Assembly: GCA_039798785.1 (NCBI GenBank)
Contig: JBDKFG010000006.1
Coordinates: 58,832-122,831, forward strand
Length of the DNA stretch: 64,000 nucleotides
Source: Verrucomicrobiota bacterium
Lineage (GTDB): Bacteria > Verrucomicrobiota > Lentisphaeria > Lentisphaerales > Lentisphaeraceae
Reading direction: 5' to 3'
Position numbers and translations under genes: made by a program. Every line of letters starts with the position of its first letter. The first letter of the stretch is position 1. Shown in pieces: positions 38,912 to 49,800 of the stretch. The notes below the pieces were generated by a model that saw only the letters and a list, made by a program, of their open reading frames with translations, did not search any database and was not told the DNA's origin.

Positions 38912-40125
38912 AGCTCCGCCTTGTCATTCTCCCGCTTCTCCTCCTCTGCTTCCTGCGGCCTTTGCCCTTGCCGCAAAGCTCGGAGCGGCTGCCTCAAGAC
39001 GCCTTCATCTGGCAGCGCCAATGGACGCCCGGATTGAGTCAATCGGTGCGCTCCCTCGGTCCTGAATTCCGCCGCCTGGTGCTGCTCGCCGCCGAGATCG
39101 CGCCCGGCCAAAACGGCAAGAAGCCCGAGGTGGTCCGGGTGTCTCCCGATTGGTCGGCTTTGGCCGAATCCGGCGCCGAGATCGGCCTGGCCATCCGCTG
39201 CGGTCTTTGGCGCGGCCCATTCGGCGGCGATCCGGTCGAAAACTGCTTGATCGAAGAAAGCCGGCGGGCCCTGGCGCTTGCGGCGGCCGCCAAGGTGAAG
39301 GTGCGGGAGCTGCATCTCGATTTCGACTGTCCCGACCGGAAACTCGCCGGCTATGCTCGCTGGCTGCAGGCGCTGCGCCGGGAATTGCCGCCGGGAATCC
39401 AGCTCTGGATCACCGGCCTGCCGAGCTGGCTCGGGGAAAGCGGTTTGCGTCCCTTGCTCGCCTCTTGTGATGGCTGGGTCTTGCAGGTGCATTCCCTCGG
39501 CCGGCCGGAGTCCAAGGGGGCCGCGCCGCAGCTTTGTGATGTCGAGCAGGCGAAGTCTTGGGCGGAAAAAGCCGCCGAGCTCGGCTGCCGCTTCCGCGTC
39601 GCCCTGCCCACCTTTTCCTGGGTCGCCCGCTTCGACGCCAACGGCAATTGCCTGAAGCTCAGCGCCGAGGAATCCGGCGGCGAGGGCGAATGGGTCGCTC
39701 CCGACGCCGCCGCCTTGGCCGGACTGGTGGCGGAGTGGACGCAGCAGCGCCCTCGCACCCTCGAATCCCTGATCTGGTTCCGCCTCCCTTGCCCCGAAGA
39801 CCGCCGCAACTGGCGCCCCGCGACCCTCCTCGCGGTCAAGGCCGGGCGCGTCCCGTCTCCGTCTCCGCGATTAGAGCTCCTCGATCGTGGCGGCGGGCTT
39901 TTCGATGTCGTGCTCCGCCAGGAGGGTGAAGGGGACAGCCTGATCCGGGAAGTGCAGCTGCCGGCCTGCGGATCCGGTGCCTGCGACGCCCCGAGCGGCC
40001 AAGTCCGCCGTCTCGACGACGGCAGCCTCTTGTGGACCGCACCGCCCGCCGGCATGCTGCTGCGTCCCGGCGATTCCCGGACGCTTTTCTGGTATCGAGA
40101 GGGCGGCTTGGCGCGACCGAAATGA
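38908..40125 (+). CDS. DUF3142 family protein
   Basis: QDAFIWQRQW, LHLDFDCP, ITGLPSWL, VLQVHS, FRVALP, LIWFRLP...DRRNW. ATGA overlap with the upstream gene. Confidence 0.8.
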   Translation: MKLRLVILPLLLLCFLRPLPLPQSSERLPQDAFIWQRQWTPGLSQSVRSLGPEFRRLVLLAAEIAPGQNGKKPEVVRVSPDWSALAESGAEIGLAIRCGLWRGPFGGDPVENCLIEESRRALALAAAAKVKVRELHLDFDCPDRKLAGYARWLQALRRELPPGIQLWITGLPSWLGESGLRPLLASCDGWVLQVHSLGRPESKGAAPQLCDVEQAKSWAEKAAELGCRFRVALPTFSWVARFDANGNCLKLSAEESGGEGEWVAPDAAALAGLVAEWTQQRPRTLESLIWFRLPCPEDRRNWRPATLLAVKAGRVPSPSPRLELLDRGGGLFDVVLRQEGEGDSLIREVQLPACGSGACDAPSGQVRRLDDGSLLWTAPPAGMLLRPGDSRTLFWYREGGLARPK

Positions 40126-40361
40126 AGTTGATTTTGCCGGCATCGTCATTCAGCAGCGCGCGATCGACTCGTCTCTCGGCGAGGGCCTGGGTTTCACCGC
40201 CGCTGGCTTTGGCCAGGACGAGGCGACGTCCGGCTGAGGGCCAAGTCACCGAGGAGGGCCGGAGCCGTGGCGGTGTGTCCTGTGGATGAATGAATTCGGA
40301 GGCTCGGGCTGGCGGCGAGGCAAAGCTTGCCGACTGACGATGTGAGATTTTTCACCTGAGG

Positions 40362-43300
40362 TCACTCCAGAACGAAACTCGCCGGCTCCCAGGCTTTCAG
40401 CGACAGCTTGAAGGCCCCATCGCGGACGGCGAGCGGCTCGCCTTGTCTTTCGCCGCGCAGGTCGACCGGCTGGGCCCGGCGGAATTTCGAGCCGGGGGGC
40501 AGCTGCACTTCGATCTCGCCGTCCTGGCCGGCCTGCTCCCAGAGGCGCAGCACCGTGCCGGCGCCGTCGGGATTGGGGCAGAAGGCGGTGATCCGCACTC
40601 CCTTGCGGGAGAGTGCGAGACCGGACTGCGAAACCGGAAGATCTCCAGCCTTGCCGGCGGCGAAGGCGGCGAGGGCAGTCTGGCGCTGCTCCCAGCTCGG
40701 AGTGAAGAGGGCCTGCTCCTCGCTGGCTCCGGCGGCCACCGGCCAGAGGCGGAGCGAGGCCTGCCAGGAACCCTCGACCCAGAGCGGATAGTTGGTGTTC
40801 CACATGTTGTTGTAGAGGTTGACGAAGAGCTCAGCGCGGTCGGGCACGTAGTTCGGCTCGTAAGTCCACAGCCCGGGCTTGCCGAGGCTCCACAGGGGCA
40901 GGTCAGGCGAAACCACGCCCACTCCGGCGCCGGCAGCTCCGGCGCGGACCGTGATGCCGCTGTCCACCGTGATCAGCGAGCGGTTGGCGCCGAAGCCGAT
41001 GTCCTTGGCGGGATCGATGCTGCCGCCGACCCGGCCGACGCGGAAGCTGGGCTGCTCGACCTGGAGAGGGAGGCAGAGCCAGCCGCCTTCAGGGATCGGG
41101 TCGGGGGTCTTGCGGTCCACCTTCCAGGCGATGTCGAGGCAGGCTTGCGCACGGGGGAAGCTGAAGCTGAGCTCGTAGCTCTTGGCCAGGCCCAGGGTTT
41201 CGGCGGAACGAAGGACGACGCGGATGGACGCAGGATCGAGTTCCACTGTCGACGACCAGCTTTTCGGCGTCTGCGCCAGGTAGGGGGATTCCTTGGCGTC
41301 GGGCATGCCCCCCTTGCCGAAGTCGCTCCAGACCCAGCCGCCGGCTTCGCGGCGGCAGTAGGAGGAGACGAATCGATTGACTTCGTCGGCGCTGAAGCGT
41401 TCATGGAGGAATTGGCCGAGGGCGTGACCGCCGGGGCGGACGAGTTCGCGTCCGGTGGCGTTTTCGATGAGCGAGCGGATGCCGCCTTTCTCGAGATCGA
41501 AACTGGCGGTGAAGTGCTCGGTCTTGAGCACGCCGTCGGCCGGGAGGGAGCTCTTGGGCTCTTCAAGGTCGCGGCTGGTGTCGGGAGAGAGGGCGAAAGT
41601 CTTGTAGCCGCCGGGCGGCAGGTCCTTGGCGAGGAAGCGGATGGTGCCGTCCTTGACGGTCGCGGAGCTTGACCAGGCGGAGGCAAGATCCTTGGCAAGC
41701 CAGGCTCCGGGCTTCAGGTCCGCGGCGAGCTCGGCCAGAGCGTCGCGTCGCCAGGGGAGCGGGTTGAAGACCACGACGCGGGGGCCTTCGGCCCGGGTGG
41801 CGGCGGCCAGGTCGCCGAGGCGGCGGGACAGGCCCCCCGCGGCGGTGGCCTTGGCCTTCCTGGCGTAGTCCATGTGATACTCGTAGGTGGCGTCGGTGGC
41901 CTTGAAGGCGCCGGCTTCGTACTTCTTCCTCCACTCTTCGCCGAAGCTGCCGCGGAAGTAGCCGTTGATGCCCCAGGTGTGTTCGGCGTAGAAGCCGCCG
42001 TTGCGGTATCCGTCTTCGAGGAGGGGCGCGACCGGGTCCGGGCTGAGCCCCCAGGAACGCATCGAAGTGTCGAGTCCGCCGAGGGAGGCGAGAAGCGGGG
42101 CGGCGCGGCGATGGATGGCGGTGGGCTGGGGGCAGCTCATCTGGCCGTGGCACCAGGTGTCGGGCATGTCGGCGCGGATCACCGGCAGGCTGGGCTTGAG
42201 CTTCTCCTCGGCGAGGATGGCGTCGGCAAAGTCGGAGGGGCGGCCGAAGCGGATCTTGACGCCCGGGAGCTGCTTGCGTGCGTGCTTGAGGAGCATCTCG
42301 ACCTCCCGGGGCGAGGGCGGCCCGGCGTTGTCATTGCGGACGAAGAAGGCGAGCCAGGTCTTGTGCTTCCAGTCCTTGGGAGGGGTGATGCTGTCCCATC
42401 CGTATTGCGGCGAATAGCCGAGGAGGACGCGCGAGCCGTCCGGACCTTCCCACCAGGAGAGAGGCGGGATCTTGGCGAATTCCTCAGCCGGCTTGCTGCC
42501 GGCGTTGGAGCCGATGTGGAGGAATTTGACTCCTGCCTTGGCGAGGAGGGTGGGGAGCACCCAGGCCTGCTCCGGCATGTCGGTCTGCTTGGCATCGGCG
42601 GGCAGGGGCTGGCCGAAGCGGCGGGCGAGGCGGCTGCCGTAGCCGAGCCCGCGGACGAGCTCCTCGAGGTCGGCGGCGTCCGATTCGAAGGTGTAGGGGA
42701 TGGCATGCCAGCTCAGGCGATTGTCCCTCACCGCCTGTTCGAGCTTGGCGCGGCGGGCCGGATCCTGGTCCTTGTCGAGCACGGTCTCCATCGCCCAGGC
42801 GGGCAGCATCCAGCGGAAGCGCTCGGCTTCGGGGGCGTCCTTGGTCATGTCGAACATGGCGAGCATCTGGTCCATGTCGTGGCCGCGATACTTGGCGATC
42901 ACGTCCGGCACCGAATGGGTGTAGCCGATGTCGAGGTGGCATTTCCAGGTGACGATCACTTCCTCGAGCTCGGGCCAGGGCTCGGGAGGGATGATGGCGG
43001 TCTCCAGGCTCTTGCTCCAGAGGCCGGCGCGCAGCTCGACCTTCACCGGATCGCGCGACTGGCGTTTCGCGCCTGCGCCTTCCGGCAGGGGCAGGACAAG
43101 GAAGCGAGCGCCCTGAGAGTTGGCCGGGATCTGCGTCTTGCGCGTCTTGCCGCCGCAGGTGACGGCAGCTTCGACCGCGGTGAAGAGCGGCTGATCGAGC
43201 TGGATCTTGACCCCGCGGTCCCATTCGCCGCGGCCCTTGACGGAGAAGGGGAATTCCTCCACCTTGACCTCGCGAGGGATCGGGAGCTGCGCCTCGGGGA

Positions 43301-43907
43301 TGTCGGCAGCAGGGCAGATGAAGCGGAGTTCGGAAATGCCGAAGACGTTGCCGCCGTAATTATCCTTGGCGAGGAGGATGGCCGATTGGATTGCCTTGCG
43401 AGGAAGCGTGACCGAAAGGGAGTAGGCTTGTGCATCGGCGCCTTGGGCTCGCGGCAGCTCGAAGACATCCTGGCCGTCCACCTTCACTGCCTCCCAGGTC
43501 TTGCCGTCGGGACTGACGAAGAGCTGCACGTGCCGGAAGCCGCGATCGGACAGGTTCTCCTGGTTGTGGTTCCAGATGAGGCAGCGATCGAGAGTGCGCG
43601 GCTTCTTGAAATCGCAGCGCAGCCAGGCTTGAGCCGAGGGCAGTCCCGGCGCAGGTGATGAGGCCACCGGGTTGGTCGTGGAATGCCAACTGGTGACGCT
43701 CTGGGCGTTGTGGTCGTGCTTGCCCTTGGCGTCGAGGCCCGAGCCGTTGACGGCGCTCGCCGGCGAGAGGCCGATCCAGCTGCTCGAAGCCGACGGGGAG
43801 ATGTCCGCGGCGGGCACGGTTTCCGTCACTTCCACGGCGAGGACGGCGGGCTGCAGCGCGGCGGCGGCGAGCCAGAGGGAGGCGAAGAGCAGGCGGGGCG
43901 TGATCAT
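40362..43907 (-). CDS. Secreted GH38-like glycoside hydrolase with N-terminal beta-sandwich domain
   Basis: Signal peptide; galactose-binding-like domain (IWNHNQ...GISELRF); HLDIGYT, QTDMP, WWEGPDGS, EHTWG, VFNPLPW, NNMWNTN. Confidence 0.8.
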   Translation of the reverse strand: MITPRLLFASLWLAAAALQPAVLAVEVTETVPAADISPSASSSWIGLSPASAVNGSGLDAKGKHDHNAQSVTSWHSTTNPVASSPAPGLPSAQAWLRCDFKKPRTLDRCLIWNHNQENLSDRGFRHVQLFVSPDGKTWEAVKVDGQDVFELPRAQGADAQAYSLSVTLPRKAIQSAILLAKDNYGGNVFGISELRFICPAADIPEAQLPIPREVKVEEFPFSVKGRGEWDRGVKIQLDQPLFTAVEAAVTCGGKTRKTQIPANSQGARFLVLPLPEGAGAKRQSRDPVKVELRAGLWSKSLETAIIPPEPWPELEEVIVTWKCHLDIGYTHSVPDVIAKYRGHDMDQMLAMFDMTKDAPEAERFRWMLPAWAMETVLDKDQDPARRAKLEQAVRDNRLSWHAIPYTFESDAADLEELVRGLGYGSRLARRFGQPLPADAKQTDMPEQAWVLPTLLAKAGVKFLHIGSNAGSKPAEEFAKIPPLSWWEGPDGSRVLLGYSPQYGWDSITPPKDWKHKTWLAFFVRNDNAGPPSPREVEMLLKHARKQLPGVKIRFGRPSDFADAILAEEKLKPSLPVIRADMPDTWCHGQMSCPQPTAIHRRAAPLLASLGGLDTSMRSWGLSPDPVAPLLEDGYRNGGFYAEHTWGINGYFRGSFGEEWRKKYEAGAFKATDATYEYHMDYARKAKATAAGGLSRRLGDLAAATRAEGPRVVVFNPLPWRRDALAELAADLKPGAWLAKDLASAWSSSATVKDGTIRFLAKDLPPGGYKTFALSPDTSRDLEEPKSSLPADGVLKTEHFTASFDLEKGGIRSLIENATGRELVRPGGHALGQFLHERFSADEVNRFVSSYCRREAGGWVWSDFGKGGMPDAKESPYLAQTPKSWSSTVELDPASIRVVLRSAETLGLAKSYELSFSFPRAQACLDIAWKVDRKTPDPIPEGGWLCLPLQVEQPSFRVGRVGGSIDPAKDIGFGANRSLITVDSGITVRAGAAGAGVGVVSPDLPLWSLGKPGLWTYEPNYVPDRAELFVNLYNNMWNTNYPLWVEGSWQASLRLWPVAAGASEEQALFTPSWEQRQTALAAFAAGKAGDLPVSQSGLALSRKGVRITAFCPNPDGAGTVLRLWEQAGQDGEIEVQLPPGSKFRRAQPVDLRGERQGEPLAVRDGAFKLSLKAWEPASFVLE

Positions 43908-43950
43908 CAGGAATGCTCCGAGTTTCGTGTTTTGCTTGATCGAGGATGAT

Positions 43951-45117
43951 TCAGAGCCCGAAGGCGCGTTCGATTGCCCACCAGGAGGCGATGGCGCCGA
44001 TGAGCAGTGAGAAGGGGATCCGCACGCCCTGGTGGAACCAGTCCTTGTCGCGGATCTTCCAGACCAGGCCGCCCAGCAGGCAGAGGATGAAGATCTGGGC
44101 ACATTCGATGCCGAAATTGAGGCCGAAAAGGGTGCGGCAGAGATCTCCCTTGGAGAGGCTGAGGTGGGCGAAGGAGCCGGCAAAGCCGAGGCCGTGCACC
44201 AGTCCGAAGGCGAAGATCAGCGCCTTGCGGCCCGGCTTGAGCTCGCCGCCGCCGAGATTGCCGATGGCGAGGCAGACGATGCTGAGGGCGATCAGGGTCT
44301 CGACCCAGCGCGACGGCGCCAGGAAGAGGCCGCTCATCGCCAGGGCCAGAGTGATCGAGTGGGCCAGGGTGAAGATCGTCGCCTGCCAGAACAGGGGACG
44401 CAGCCTGGGGGCGAGAAGAAAGAGGCAGGCGATGAAGAAGACGTGGTCCAGACCCTCCGGCAGGATGTGGCGGAAACCGAGGGCGATCAGTCGCCAGAGG
44501 CTGAGCTGATGGCTGAGCTCCTTCCCGGCTTCGGGAGCCTTGACGGCGGGCGCCGCCGGGCTTGCGGGGGCCGCATCGGCCTTTGCGGCGGGCGCAGAGT
44601 TTTCCTGGGAGCTCGGCGCGGAAGCCTTGGCGATGTCGATGGCCAGGGGCGCGCCGAATTCGCTTTGGCCATGCAGCGGAGGAAGCAGACCGGCTTCGTC
44701 GATGAAGTTCCATATGCAGATGCCTGGAGAGCCGTTCGCGTCGGCGCAGACGACGCTGAGCTGACGGCCGCCGGCGGGGAGATTCCAGACGATGCGCAAG
44801 CCGCGATCCTCGTCCGTTCCGGCGTGCTCGATCAGGCTGTATTGCGGCTTCAGCACGGCGCCGTCGACCGAGACGCGGAGCAGTTTGTCGAACTTCTCCG
44901 AGAGCAGCAGGAGCCCGTCGTCGCCGCCGATCTTCAGTTCCAGGCCGTCGGTGACGTTGGTGGCGACCACGGCGTTGAAGCCGAGTTCGAGGCGGAGATG
45001 ACGCCCGTCCTTGTCGCGGATGAGGGTCCCCTCCACAGTCGGGATGCCGTGTCCCCATGCCGTGAGTCCCAGCAGGAGGAGGATCAGCAGGATCAGAAAG
45101 TGGCGATTGCTTCGCAT
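43951..45117 (-). CDS. HupE/UreJ family membrane protein with N-terminal soluble domain
   Basis: GFRHILPEGLDHVFF, FTLAHSITL, FGLVHGLGFA, NFGIE. Confidence 0.88.
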   Translation of the reverse strand: MRSNRHFLILLILLLLGLTAWGHGIPTVEGTLIRDKDGRHLRLELGFNAVVATNVTDGLELKIGGDDGLLLLSEKFDKLLRVSVDGAVLKPQYSLIEHAGTDEDRGLRIVWNLPAGGRQLSVVCADANGSPGICIWNFIDEAGLLPPLHGQSEFGAPLAIDIAKASAPSSQENSAPAAKADAAPASPAAPAVKAPEAGKELSHQLSLWRLIALGFRHILPEGLDHVFFIACLFLLAPRLRPLFWQATIFTLAHSITLALAMSGLFLAPSRWVETLIALSIVCLAIGNLGGGELKPGRKALIFAFGLVHGLGFAGSFAHLSLSKGDLCRTLFGLNFGIECAQIFILCLLGGLVWKIRDKDWFHQGVRIPFSLLIGAIASWWAIERAFGL

Positions 45118-45183
45118 GGCTGCTGCCTCGGGATGGATGGCCGTTGAGATGTCGCCGGTCCGGGGCGGGTTCCTGGAAAGGCC

Positions 45184-45960
45184 TCAGTCCTGCACTTTCG
45201 GCAGGCCGACGCCGGCGTCGACGTTGAGGTAGGCCCCCGTGACTTCATCTGCCAAGGGCGAGCACAGGTAGAGGAAGGCGTTGGCGATCGATTCGGGGCT
45301 GTTGCGGTGACCGAGGGGCGACATCTTGTCGACATCGCGGCGGTAGTCGGCATCGGTCTCGTAGAGCAGCTTGGAGCTGCCGGCGGCGACGTTGCCGGGG
45401 GCGACGACGTTGGAGCGGATGCCGAGAGGGGCGTATTCGAGGGCGATCGACTTGGAGAACATGTCGACGCCGGCCTTGGCGGCGGTGTAGCCGCTGATGC
45501 CTTTCCAGGGGAACTTGGAGATGTAGGTGGATGTGAAGATCAGGTGTCCCTTGGTCTTGCTGGCGCTCCAGTGGCGGAGCACGGCGCGGCTGAAGTAGAC
45601 CGGGCCGAGGAGGTTGAAGGCGACGACCTTGTCGAAGCTCGCATCGCTGGTGTCGGCGAAGTGTTCGATGCGGGTGCCTCCGGCATGACTGAGGGCGATG
45701 TTGATCTTGGGGTGTCTGGCGAAGCAGGCGTCGACGATGCGATGGACCGCCTGGGCGTCGGTGACATCCATTTGGTGGTACTCGCAGCGGCGGGGATCAT
45801 GGCCGCGTTCCTCGATGATCCTGGCGGCATCGGCCGGCGACTGGGCGTCGGTCAGGATCATGTAGGCGCCGGCCTCGATGAGGGCGCGGACGACCGCCTC
45901 GGAGATGGCGCCGAGAGCGCCGGTGATGATGATGGTCTTGTCGCTGAGGTCGATTTTCAT
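45184..45960 (-). CDS. SDR family oxidoreductase
   Basis: IITGALGAI, YTAAK, NVVAPG, VTGAYLNVDAG. Confidence 0.9.
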   Translation of the reverse strand: MKIDLSDKTIIITGALGAISEAVVRALIEAGAYMILTDAQSPADAARIIEERGHDPRRCEYHQMDVTDAQAVHRIVDACFARHPKINIALSHAGGTRIEHFADTSDASFDKVVAFNLLGPVYFSRAVLRHWSASKTKGHLIFTSTYISKFPWKGISGYTAAKAGVDMFSKSIALEYAPLGIRSNVVAPGNVAAGSSKLLYETDADYRRDVDKMSPLGHRNSPESIANAFLYLCSPLADEVTGAYLNVDAGVGLPKVQD

Positions 45961-45976
45961 GGGGGGGCCTTTGGAA

Positions 45977-46175
45977 ATTCAAGATTCAAAATTCAAAATT
46001 CAAGATGGAGCGAAGGACGAGATTCAAGATTCAAAATTCAAGATGGGGGTGCGAGAAGGACGAGATTCAAGATTCAAAATTCAAGATGGGGGTGCGAGGA
46101 GGAGTCGTTTTCGATTTTCATTTTTGAATTTCGCTCCTCGTTCATCTTGAATTTTGAATCTTGAATTTTGAATTT
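45977..46175. repeat. Heptamer (TTCAAGA/TTCAAAA) arrays in inverted arrangement with a 43-bp higher-order repeat
   Basis: GATTCAAGATTCAAAATTCAAGATGGGGGTGCGAG at 46021 and 46064; complementary arm TCTTGAATTTTGAATCTTGAATTTTGAA near 46145-46172. Confidence 0.8.
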
Positions 46176-46180
46176 AAAAC

Positions 46181-46858
46181 TCACAGCACCTTGTACTTCG
46201 CCAGCGCCGCGGTGCTCGACATGCCGGCTTCGACGGCCTTGCGGACGACGTTCTCGGTGCGGGCCTTTTCGAGGGCGAGTTCGAGCACTTGCTGCTCGTG
46301 TTTCCTGGGGATGACGACGACGCCGTCGAGGTCGGCGAAGATCAGGTCGCCGGGCTGAATCCAGACGCCGCCGATCTCGATCGGGCAGCGGTAGGCTTCG
46401 ACCTTGGTGCGCACCGAGGAGTCCTGGGCGAAGCGGCCGCGGGAGAAGACCGGCCAGTTCTGCTCGAGCACCTTGGGGGTGTCGCGGTGGAAGCCGTTGA
46501 TGACGGCGCCGTGGGCGCCGCGAGTGCGGGCGGTGGCAGTGAGCAGTTCGCCCCAATAGGCGCAGCGCATGTCGCCGCCGGAGCAGAGGTAGATCTCGCC
46601 GGGCTCGAGCTGGTCGAGCGCCTCGGTGAGCAGGCCGAAGGGCTTGGCCTGGGGGCCGTAGACGTCGATCATCAGCACCGGCATGGCGCGGCCGACCAGG
46701 CGCATCTCAGTGAGCGCCGGCTGGATCGGTTGCGGCAGGAACTGGTGGTAGAGTCCGAGTCCGTCGAGGATGTCGCCGACGACCGGGGTGTAGAGCTCAT
46801 TGAAGTGGGCGAAAAGGGCCGCTTCGGCGGCGCTGACTTGGGGGATCTGGTAGGACAT
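46181..46858 (-). CDS. RraA/HMG aldolase family protein
   Basis: [43 protein letters not shown] at 46858. Confidence 0.88.
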   Translation of the reverse strand: MSYQIPQVSAAEAALFAHFNELYTPVVGDILDGLGLYHQFLPQPIQPALTEMRLVGRAMPVLMIDVYGPQAKPFGLLTEALDQLEPGEIYLCSGGDMRCAYWGELLTATARTRGAHGAVINGFHRDTPKVLEQNWPVFSRGRFAQDSSVRTKVEAYRCPIEIGGVWIQPGDLIFADLDGVVVIPRKHEQQVLELALEKARTENVVRKAVEAGMSSTAALAKYKVL

Positions 46859-46893
46859 GGGGACCTCAATTTTCGTGTTTAAGAAAGGAGACT

Positions 46894-49800
46894 TCACCAC
46901 TCGGCGCGGAGAGTGACGAAGCCATTGGCGGGAATGGTGACGTTGCCGCCGCAAGCGGGCCCGGCGTCTTCGTTGACGCTGCACAAGTGGAGCTGGCGCG
47001 GGGCGCCCGCCGGCCAGGAGAGCTTGACCGTCTCGTCCTGATCCGACACCGAGCGAAGACGGAGGATGCGAGCCTTGCCGTCCTGGCTCGATTTGAGGAT
47101 GGCGACAAAGACCGCGGAGCTGCCGTCGAGAGTGACGATGGCGGGCGACTTGGGCAGACTGCCGGCGACGGCGAGCAGAGGTTGCGACTGTTCGAGGCCG
47201 AAGCGGTTGGCGCGTCCGGCATCGTAGCCGGAGGCGTGCGGCTGGACGCGGTAGCGGAAGCCGCAAAGGCCTTCCTGGTACAAGGGGAAGTTGGTGTGCC
47301 AGTGGTTGTTCATCGCCCAGGAATAGACCGTGGCGCTGGGCTCGAGCTTGCGGATCCAAGCAGGTGAACCATAGGCGGCGCCGAGAATGTTGGCATGCAT
47401 GCCGCCCGATTGGAAGATCGGCGCGTCGAGAGAGACCCAGGTGACCCCTAGGCCTTCCCCGGAGATGTCGAGCCAGCGCTGCATCGCGATCCAGTTGCGG
47501 TTGGCGGCATCGAGCTGATCCTCCTCAAGACGCATCACGCCCCAAGGAATGTCGACACGCGTGGTCGGCGAGGGGATGTCGAAGGCGAAACCGAAATGCA
47601 AGCCTTCCTTGGCGACAACTTTCAGCTTGTCGACCTGGTTGTCGAATTCGAGCCAGCCCTGGCCGGCGACCAGGCGGACTCTGCGGCAGAGCGACTTGAC
47701 GCCGGGAGCCACGGAGTCGACCCGCCATTCGACGAGAAGCGGACCCTTTTCCGAGACGCTCACCTTGATCCCGCTGTCGGGCGAGGCCTGGGAGGCGCCG
47801 CCAGGGAGCTGGCGGAAGGAGTTCAGTCCGTCCCTGGCCGCGAATTCACGTGGCGAACCGCACAGCTTCAGGCTTCGGATGTCGCCGCTGGCGAGGTCGA
47901 TTCCCGCCTCGATGACACCATCGCTGGCGGCATCGGCGCTGACGCGGCAGGGACTGGAAGGAGCCGAAGCGGTCCCTGCGACCACCCGGTAGACGGCGTG
48001 GCCGAGGGCGGGGACAGGCGAGGCGAGGAAGGCGAGCTCGCCGGTGGAGAGGCGCTGCGAGGGCACGGGAGCGCCCGCCGCGTCGAGGACCCGGTCTCCG
48101 GCTTTGGACTCTGCGGCCGGGACGGTGATCAGTCCGCCGCGCGACCAGGAGAGGGTGTTGACGACGCTCACCACTCCTTCCTGGGGAGCCGCAGCCAGCG
48201 CCTTGCGGAGCAGTTCGTCGCTTTGCCGGGTGGCATCCTCGAAGCGGCCGCGTTTGACCTTGAAGATAGCCTCTTGGAAGAAGGGATCGCTGGGGTTGCA
48301 ATAGCACCAGGTGTGCTCGGAACCAAGGATGGCGAGACGCCAGACTTCATCGATCTCGCTGCGCGGCGACTTGCCGGGCTGCAGCATCGTCCAGGCGGTG
48401 TCGGCCTGGATCAGGCGCTCGTTGGTGGCCCGGTTCATGGCGGTGAGCCGCGCGGCGGTGCCGAGACCGTCGGTCCAGTACTCGGTGAAGTCCCCTTTGC
48501 GGGTCGGGATCCGATCGCCGTATTTCTTCTCGAAGGCGCTCATGATCTCGTGGGCTCCGGCGATGACCAGGCGCGGGTAGGCATATTCCTCGTTCCACGA
48601 TTTCACCGCGGCAGGCAGGTCTTCGTCGAGAGGAGTGTTGTCGGCGAGCGCCCAGGAGACCGGGTAGATGTCGTAGGGATAGAATTTGCTTTTCTGAAGC
48701 TGTTCAAGTGTGCCGAAGACATGATTGTCAAGAAATTCCCTTCTCGGGGACGAGGTCTTGATGGTCTCCGGGATCTTCTCGGGATCGCGGACGCCACACC
48801 ACTGGTACACCATGCGATTGCCCTTTGCATGCGCTCCGGGAGTGTAGGCGCCCGGCTGCAAGAAGAGGACTTTGGATTTGCCATCCGGCCCGATCCACCA
48901 GAACGGCCGGCAGTCGACTTCGCCGGCGCGGCCGGTGCGATCGATGCCGTTGTAAAGGCTGAAGACATACTTGACGCCGGACTTCTCGAGGGCTGGAACC
49001 AGACCCCACGACATGCCAGGAATGTCGACCTGGACGAAGGTGTCGATCGGGACGCCCGACTTCCTCTCCAGGCGGCGGGATTCGCTCACCAGCTGGAAAA
49101 GCTCTTCGTCGCAGCAGACGCTGGTATCGGTGTTGACGTAGGCGGCGTCGAGCTTGAGGTGGCCGGCCTTGATCGCGGCGAAGACGTCCTCGGCCTGCTG
49201 CGGCGTGGCGTCCTTCAGGTAGCGCTCGACCGGCCAGATGACCTCGGGGTTCCACTTGTAGCGGTCCCCCTCCTTGGCTCCAGCGGTCTCACGGGCGATG
49301 CGGATGCCGTTCCTGACGTTGCGCTTGTGGATGATCTCGACATTCTCGTGGGTGTTGGTGTAGCCGATGTCGACATGGGAATGCGGGTAGACGTAGACGG
49401 TCCACTGCCGTTGTTGCGGGACGACGAAAGTGGCGGTGGCGCGGTGCTTGCCGGCGCTCAGGCTGAGGGTGATGGAGGCGTCTTTTTCGACACCGACGCC
49501 GGCAGGCAGGAGGAAGCGGAAACTGCCGCGGGCCTTGGCGGCGGCGGGGATGGCGATGTTCTCGCTCGGCAGGCCCGGGCAGGCGACTTCGAGATTCGCC
49601 GCCTGATAGAGCTTGCCGGAGCTGAAATTGACTGCCACTTCGCGGCCGGCCTGGCCGTCGGCGCGATGGCGGTAAACCGAGCTCGGCGCCAGCTCCAGAC
49701 CTTGCGGGAAGGGCAAATCCTCTTCGGCGACCTCGCGGTGCTGCAGGAACTGCACTTCGCTGAGGCCGTAGACCTCGCTGCCCCAGTTGCTGATCGCGAC

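Noticed and set aside
45977..46100. Three repeats at ~43-bp period resembling a mini CRISPR array
   Set aside because: The repeats are heptamer tandems, the intervening sequences are short and near-identical rather than unique spacers, and no cas genes are present.
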